From the NCBI RefSeq assembly GCF_009914755.1, contig NC_060925.1: DNA of 64,000 nt; one strand, 5' to 3'. Positions 52,766 to 64,000 of the stretch are shown piece after piece (position 1 is the stretch's first letter; every line of letters starts with the position of its first letter). Source of the stretch: the human T2T-CHM13v2.0 reference genome, Homo sapiens. A program made the position numbers and the translations under genes. The notes beneath the pieces were generated by a model that saw only the letters and a list, made by a program, of their open reading frames with translations, did not search any database and was not told where the DNA came from.

Positions 52766-53782
52766 ATGGGGAAAAAACAGAGCAGAAAAACTGGAAACTC
52801 TAAAAAGCAGAGCACCTCTCCTCCTCCCAAGGAACGCAGCTCCTCACCAGCAACAGAACAAAGCTGGATGGAGAATGACTTTGATGAGTTGAGAGAAGAA
52901 GGCTTCAGATGATCAAACTACTCTGAGCTACAGGAGGAAATTCAAACCAATGGCAAAGAAGTTAAAAACTTTGAAAAAAAATTAGACGAATGGATAACTA
53001 GAATAACCAATGCAGAGAAGTCCTTAAAGGACTTGATGGAGCTGAAAGCCAAGGCTCGAGAACTACGTGAATAATGCAGAAGCCTCAGAAGCCAATGCGA
53101 TCAACGGGAAGAATGGGTATCAGCGATGGAAGATGAAATGAATGAAATGAAGCGAGAAGGGAAGTTTAGAGAAAAAAGAATAAAAAGAAAAGAACAAACC
53201 CTCCAAGAAATATGGGACTATGTGAAAAGACCAAATCTATGTCTGATTGGTGTACCTGAAAGTGATGGGGAGAATGGAACCAAGTTGGAAAACACTCTGC
53301 AGGATATTATCCAGGAGAACTTTCCCAATCTGGCAAGGCAGGCCAACATTCAGATTCAGGAAATACAGAGAACACCACAAAGATACTCCTCGAGAAGAGC
53401 AACTCCAAGACACATAATTATCAGATTCACCAAAGTTGAAATGAAGGAAAAAATGTTAAGGGCAGCCAGAGAGAAAGGTCGGGTTACCCACAAAGGGAAG
53501 CACATCAGACTAACAGCGGATCTCTCGGCAGAAACTCTACAAGCCAGAAGAGAGTGGGGATCAATATTCAACATTCTTAAAGAAAAGAATTTTCAACCCA
53601 GAATCTCATATCCAGCCAAACTAAGCTTCATAAGTGAAGGAGAAATAAAATACTTTACAGACAAGCAAATGCTGAGAGATTTTGCCACCACCAGGCCTGC
53701 CCTAAAAGAGCTCCTGAAGGAAGCACTAAACATGGAAAGGAACAAACGGTACCAGCCACTGCAAAAACATGCCAAAATGTAA
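52766..53782 (+). pseudogene. L1 ORF1 (RNA-binding chaperone), 338 codons, two premature stops
   Basis: ATGGGGAAAAAACAG start; TGA at 52910 (codon 49), TAA at 53072 (codon 103); C-terminal 218 aa open, with REKG and YPAKLS motifs. Confidence 0.95.
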
Positions 53783-53845
53783 AGACCATCAAGGCTAGGA
53801 AGAAACTGCATCAACTAACAAGCAAAATAACCAGCTAACATCATA

Positions 53846-57671
<3,826 letters not shown>

Positions 57672-57927
57672 ACAGTGAGAACACATGGACACAGGAAGGG
57701 GAACATCACACGTCAGGGACTGTTGTGCGGTAGGGGAAGGGGGGAAAAATAACATTAGGAGATATACCTAATGCTAAATGATGAGTTAATGAGTGCAGCA
57801 CACCAACATAGCACATCTATACATATGTAACAAACCTGCACATTGTGCACATGTACCCTAAAACTTAAAGTATAATAATAATAAAATAAAAATAAAATTA
57901 AAAAAAAAGAAAGAAAGAAAAAGAAAA

Positions 57928-58129
57928 GTCATGTTCTTGCATCCAGGAATTCCACTTCTAGGAATCTGTCCTAAGGAAATCATCACATGTATCATCAAAG
58001 ACTTACAAAGATATTCATCACACTTATTTATAATAGTGTAGAAAATGGAAAAGCATATAAATGTATAAATGTTCGTTAATAATAGTTAAAATTGAAAAAA
58101 ATAAAAAAATAAAAAATAAAAAATAAAAT
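57928..58129 (+). other. L1 3'-transduced segment plus second poly(A)
   Basis: non-L1PA sequence 57928-58094 between two A tails and inside the TSD pair. Confidence 0.88.
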
Positions 58130-58179
58130 AAAACAAGGATACACCAGACATGCTTCTGTATATATATTTTGCACAAATA

Positions 58180-59900
58180 CATTAATTCACTTAGCAAGTA
58201 TTAATTGATGCCAATTTTCTTGCTGATAGGTTATAGGTTTTTTTGTGATCATATGTTTTTCTATAGGTTATTTTATAGTTTATAGGTTTTTTATAGGTTA
58301 TAGTTGATGGGTTTGTTTTTTTTTTTTTGTGATTCATCAGTGAACAAAAGAGTCAAAGATTTTTGTACTCCTGAATCTCAAAATGTAATGACCGGGATAG
58401 GTAATAAAATGATAAATAGTAAAAAGTAAACTATGTAGTATTATAATGTGACACATTCTATGAAAAAAGAAAAAGCAGAGCAAAGTAAATGGGTGCAGAA
58501 GTGTAGGGAGTGGGAGTGTATGTTCCAGTTTTAAATAAGATGATTAGGGCCTGTCTTACTGAAAAAGACTTGAGCAAATACTTGAATGAGATAAGGGAAA
58601 GTTAACCACATTATAGAAGTTCATTTTCAGGATAGAAACAACAAGCACAAAAGCCTTCAGTTGGGAAGGTGGAGGGAGAGCAGCAGACAGTTGTAGCTGG
58701 AGCAGAGTGATCAATGAGGACAACAATGGTCCAGAAGATCAGAGAGGTCTGGGCTGTGGGGGCGGGTAGGTTATGTAAGACCCTGTCAGGCACATGCGAA
58801 CTTAGGGTTTACTCTGAGTGACATGAGGGGTGGGGTGGGGGAAAACCAGTGAGGATTTCAGAATAGGAGGCGCAAGACCTGGCTTCTGTTTTAAAAGGTT
58901 GTTTCTGACTGCCATGCTGGGAATAGATTGTGTAGGGTGAGAGGACACATGCAGGAAGATCAGGTAAAAGGCCATCATGGAAATTCAGGAAATAAATAGT
59001 GGGGCACAGATCAGATTTACGGAGATGGAAGATGAAAAATGTGGTCAGGTTGGGAAACAAGTAAGAACTTGTTTACATGCTGATGAGAATGATCCAGTAG
59101 GAAAAGGGGAGAAAATGGTGTTAAAGGAGAGACAAGGAAATTGCTGGAAAATGTTCTTTGCTAAGTAAAAGCTGCTGGAATGTAGTGCACGTGGGAAGAA
59201 ACTGACTTTAGATAGTAGTTCAGATAGTTCACCTGGGGCAACAAGATGGGCAGCAGGGAGTGTGGGTTTGTAAACGGTGTGGGGGCAGACGTGGTGATGG
59301 GAATCTGTGATGTTTTCTTTTAATCATTTGAATATTCTTCATGAAATCAGATGTACAGTGATCACTTGAGAGTAAGGACAGGGAGGAGGTGTTTTACATA
59401 TAAGAAAGCAGAAAAAGGTGTGAAATTGAAACAGGATAGTGAAGGAATTAAAGGAATGGGAAACACTGTAATTGCCTGACTAGCATTAACAGATCTCTAT
59501 GAGGTTTGTGGTTACGAATTTAAGATGAGAAATGATGGTTGTGTATTGATCTCTACCTATGTTTAGCTGCAGAATTATAGACATAGAGAATGGTGATCTG
59601 GATTTAACCAAGTTGTGGTTTTTCCAAACAAGTCAAAGCAATAAGAGGGAGGCAGGCAGTTAAGGATGTATATGTGGAAGTGATTGTTAAGGATTTCCCA
59701 TGGAATTTAACTTGAGTTATGAGAAGTTAGATTAGAAGATCAAAGGGTTGAGGCATAATGAAAAGTTGATTGAATCAATTGATTGGAGATCCCAGTGGGA
59801 TTAAAGAATTTTTGTTGTCTGGAGCTAGAGAAAGTAAACTGGAAAGACAGATGGTGGAAATCAGAGAGAGGGACAAATGTACAAAAAGGGAGAGAGAGGA
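58180..59900 (-). mobile_element. L2 (L2a-like)
   Basis: 'cagtgaacaaaagagtcaaag', 'gacttgagcaaatacttgaa', 'gctggagcagagtga', 'ttttactctgagtgacatg', 'gatgagaatgatccagtag'. Confidence 0.75.
58225..58302. repeat. short degenerate (TATAGGTT)n repeat
   Basis: several ataggtt copies separated by T runs. Confidence 0.7.
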
Positions 59901-60456
59901 GGTGTAATAGGAAATTAGATGAGGTTGAAGCAGCAGCCAAGATCCCAATCCAAACGTCTGAAATGTGTTTGCCTAAGTGTATATTATGTATGTGTGTGTA
60001 TAAGACACACAAAAGAGGAATTGCTGTATCAATCAAATCAATCATAAGATATATCCACTTCCAAACATTTTAATAGATTCCATGTATCCTTTAATAATAT
60101 TGCAATTTATACCATCATAAACAATGTGTAATATTTATCATTTCTTCAGATACATGCCAAAATTAAATTAGTGCTGATCTATATAAATTTACCCTATTTA
60201 AGGGGCAAAGTTATTGCAGGTTATTTAAATAAGTATTTTTAAAGGTTTATAGGACATTTTTATATCATTTATGTTGAATATTTAGAGTTTTGCTTATTAT
60301 TTTATGTGTTTGCATTTTAAATTATATTGACTTCTAGAGGTTCTGTATTTGATGTGTGTATTAAACATTTATTTAACACATATGTTAAAAGTATACTCTT
60401 TTGCTCTGTGCTCTGTCACTTCTATTGTAGTTTAGTTTGTGCTGCCTTTCCCTACA

Positions 60457-63008
60457 CAGGCATACCTTGCAGAAGCTGCAAATTTGGATCCAGATCACCG
60501 CAATAGAGCAAATATCACAATAAAGCAGGTCACATGATTCTTTTGATTTTCCAGTGCATATAAAAGTTATGTTTATGCTATACTATAGTCTATTAATTAT
60601 GTAATAGTATTATTTCTAAAAAATAACCTGCATACCTTAATGAAAATGTTTTATTAAGAAATGTTAATGATCACTTTCGCTTTCAAGCCAGTCTTCATCT
60701 GTTTGCTGATGGAGGACCTTGCCTTGACAATGATAGCTACTGACTGATCAGGGTGGTGGTTGCTGAAGGATGGGGTGGCTGTGGCAATTTCTAAAATAAG
60801 ACAACAATGAAGTCTGCCACATCTACTGACTCTTCCTTTCATGAAAGATTTCTCCATAGCAGGTGATGCTGTTTGATAGCATTTTACCTACAGTAGAACC
60901 TCTTTCAAAATTCGAGTCAAATTTTTCAAATTCTGATGCTGCTGATAAAGTTTATCAAATATTCTAGAATTTTGTTATCATTTCAATAATGTTCACAGCA
61001 TCTTCACCAGGAATAGATTCCATTTCAATAAACTTATTTCTTTGCTCATCCATAAGAAGCAACTCCTTATTTGCTAAAGTTTTATCATGAGACTGTAGTG
61101 ATTCAGTCACATCTTCAGGCTTTACTTCTTTTTTTTTTTTTTTAATTTTACTTTAAGTTCCTGGATACACGCGCAGAAAGTGCAGGATTGTTTACATAAG
61201 TATACATGTGCCATGATGGTTTCCTGCACCTATTAACCTGTCATCTAGGTTTTAAGCCCCACATGCATTAGGTATTGGTCCTAATACTCTCCCTCCTATT
61301 ACTTCCCATCCCCTAACAGGCTCCGGTGCGTGTCCTTCCCCTCCCAGGCAGGCTTTACTTCTAATTCTAGTTCTCCTGCTGTTTCCACAACATCTGCAGG
61401 GATTTTCTCCACTGAAATCTAAAACCCCTCAAAGTAATCTATGAGGGTTGGAATTAACTTCTTCCAGATTTCTGTTAATGTTGATTTTTGACCTGTTCTC
61501 ATGAATCACAAATGTTCTTAATGACTTCTAGAATGGTAAACCCTTTCCAGAAGGCTTTCAATGTACCTTGCCCAGATCCATTGGGGAAATCACTATCTAT
61601 GGCAAATATAGCATTATGAAATATATTTCTTAAGTAATAAGACTTGAAAGTAAAAATTACTCTTTGATCCATGGGCTGCACAATTGATGTTTTATTAGCA
61701 GGCATGAAAACATTAATTTCCTTGTACCTCTCCGTCAGAGCTCTTGGGTGATTAAGTTATTGTCAATGTGCAATAATATTTTGAAAGAAATCTTTTTTCT
61801 GAGCAGTAGGTCTTAACACTGGGCTTAAAATATTTGTATACCGTGCTATCATCTAGGCTTTGTCATTCCATTTATAGAGCATAGGCAGAGTAGATTTTGC
61901 ACAATTCTGAAGGGTCCTAGGGATTTTGGAATGGCAAATAAGTATTGGCTTCAATTAGAAGTTACTAGCTGCATTAGCCCCTAAGAATCACATCAGCCTG
62001 TCCTCTGAAGCTTTGAAACCAGACATTGACTTCTCTCTTACTATGAAAGTCCTAGATGATATCTTCTTTCAATATAGGTTGTTTTGTCTACATTGAAAAT
62101 CTGTTGCTTAATGTAGCCATCTTCATCAGTTATCTTAGCTAGATCTTCTGGATAACTCACTCCTGCTTCTACACTAGCACTTGCTGTTTCACCTTGCACT
62201 TTTATATTACAGATACAGCTTCTTTTCTTACACCTTATGAGCCAACCTCTGCTAGCTTCAAACTTTTCTTCCGAAGCTTCCTCACCTCTCTCAACCTTCA
62301 CAGAATTGAAGACAGTTAGGGCTTTGCTCTGGATTAGGCTTTGGCTTAGGAGAATGTTGTGGCTGGCTTGGTATTCTATCCGGATCACTAAAACTTTCTC
62401 CATATCATGAATAAGCCTGTTTTGCTTCCTTACCATTGATGTGTTCATTGGAGTAGCACTTTTAATTTCCTTCAAGAATTTTTTCTCTGCACTCATATCT
62501 TTGCTAAATGTTTGGCACAAGAGGCCTAGCTTTTAGCCTATCTCAACTTCAACATGCCTTCTTCATTAGTCTTTTCACCTGAACATTTAGAGGGCCACGT
62601 AGGATTATTAATTGACCTAGTTTCCATATTGTTGTGTCTTAGGGAGTAGGGTGGCCTGAGGAGGGGAAGGAAGATGGGGAATGGCCAGTCTTTGGAGTAG
62701 TCAGAACATACACATTTATCAATTAAGTTTGCCATCTTATATGGGCATGAGTTGTGATGCCTCAAAGCAATTACCATACTAACATGGAAAATCACTGATC
62801 ACAGAACACCATAACAGATATAATAATAATTTAAAAGTTTGAAATACTGTGAGAATTACCAAATGTGACACAGAGACAGAAAGTGAGCACAGGCTTTTGG
62901 GAAAATGGTGCTGATGGACTTGCTGGATGCAAGCTTGCCACAAAACTTCAATTTCTAAAAAAATTCTGTGAAGTGCAATAAAGCAAAGCATAAAACAAAG
63001 TATGCCTG
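60457..63008 (-). mobile_element. full-span Tigger1 DNA transposon (pogo/TcMar), decayed transposase
   Basis: TIRs caggcatac (60457) and gtatgcctg (63008) followed by TA; minus-strand transposase relics [51 protein letters not shown]. Confidence 0.95.
61130..61348 (-). mobile_element. 5'-truncated L1PA7/8 3' end inside Tigger1
   Basis: poly(T) then 'ttactttaagttc...aggttttaagccccacatgcattaggtatt'; 14-bp TSD caggctttacttct at 61116-61129 and 61349-61362. Confidence 0.92.
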
Positions 63009-63234
63009 TATTAGCAATTAAAGTTTGTGTATAGTCAACTATGTTAATCTTGTTTCATAGTTTCTTAATTTTCTATATGCTTAAGAGATTTCCTCCTAAG
63101 ATATATATGTATTATTCTACATTTTCTTCAAATTTGTTTATAATTTTTCTTTAACACATTTTCCCATTTTTTTTCTAATTATACTGGCAATTTTATAACA
63201 CCTTTAATTTTAGGAATGAGATGTGGAAATGAAT

Positions 63235-63490
63235 AAATGATAGCAATGAACCTTTAGACATTTCTTACAATGTGCCAGGTGCTGTTCTAAGGCCTTTACT
63301 TGTACTAACTGATTTAAGGTTTATAACAACCCTAAGAGGTAGGTGCTATAATTTGCCTCATTTCACAGATGAGGAAACTGGTGTATAGGAAGGTTTAGTA
63401 ACTTTCCCAAGGTCAAAAGACTGGTGAATTTTCATCCTGTATTCAAACCCAGGAAGTCTGGCTCCCAAGTCACTACATTATATGCTACTG
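63235..63490 (-). mobile_element. MIR (well preserved)
   Basis: 'atgtgccaggtgctgttctaagg...cattttcacagatgaggaaactg...attcaaacccaggaagtctggctcc'. Confidence 0.9.
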
Positions 63491-64000
63491 TCTGGTAAGC
63501 TATTAAATTATGCCCCTAAAGTATGGGAAGTTATGCTGAAATTGATATTTCAACTGATCTTCAACAGTGTATTGAGAAATAAATAGAACTGTGATGAAAG
63601 GAAGTGGAAATAAGAGCCTATACCATAACACGGCACTGTAAGTTGGTGATATTTTCTAGATATGGAGAAAAGATCATTGTCACAGGTGTATCAGATACAT
63701 GGGGTGGAGACTGGGAGCTGAGATAAAAAAGGAAGGTTTTCAGTAATGGGTTTGGTCAGGATTTTACCCTGAATGAGAAAGTAACAGTTTGACTGTTGTT
63801 GGAGTACAGTGTAGAAGTTAAGAACAGATTTTAATTCTGACTCTATTATGATCTAGCTCTCCAAAATCAGAATCTAACCTTTGGTAGAGTCATCTCATAA
63901 ATCAAAATAAAAATCAAGGTTGGTTTAAAGATTTAAATATTATAATGAATGTTCAGCATTTAGCTAAAGTCTGGTCAAGTGATAGGCAGTACTCTCAACT

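Overview
Primate (very probably human) AT-rich, CpG-depleted genomic DNA dominated by interspersed repeats. I find no intact host protein-coding gene, RNA gene or prokaryotic feature. Main elements: (1) a full-length but inactivated L1PA4-type LINE-1 (+, 51726-58129) whose 13-bp TSD also encloses a second poly(A) and ~167 bp of foreign DNA, i.e. a 3' transduction; (2) a full-length older L1PA15/16-type LINE-1 (-, ~19838-28835) with a two-LTR THE1D element inside ORF1 and ~275-bp tandem units in its 5' UTR; (3) an ancient L1M (+) lacking its RT region; (4) a full-length Tigger1 (-) interrupted by a short L1PA7/8 tail; (5) four dimeric Alus with TSDs and one FLAM; (6) many MLT/MER LTRs, L2 and MIR relics and microsatellites, including a 104-bp perfect purine-pyrimidine alternating tract. 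A few repeat-poor islands hold candidate splice sites or regulatory DNA, but these are weak. I see no convincing novel biological system; the best findings are element-level events. Subfamily names come from my recall of consensus sequences, and boundaries of old repeats are approximate, so both need RepeatMasker/Dfam confirmation.
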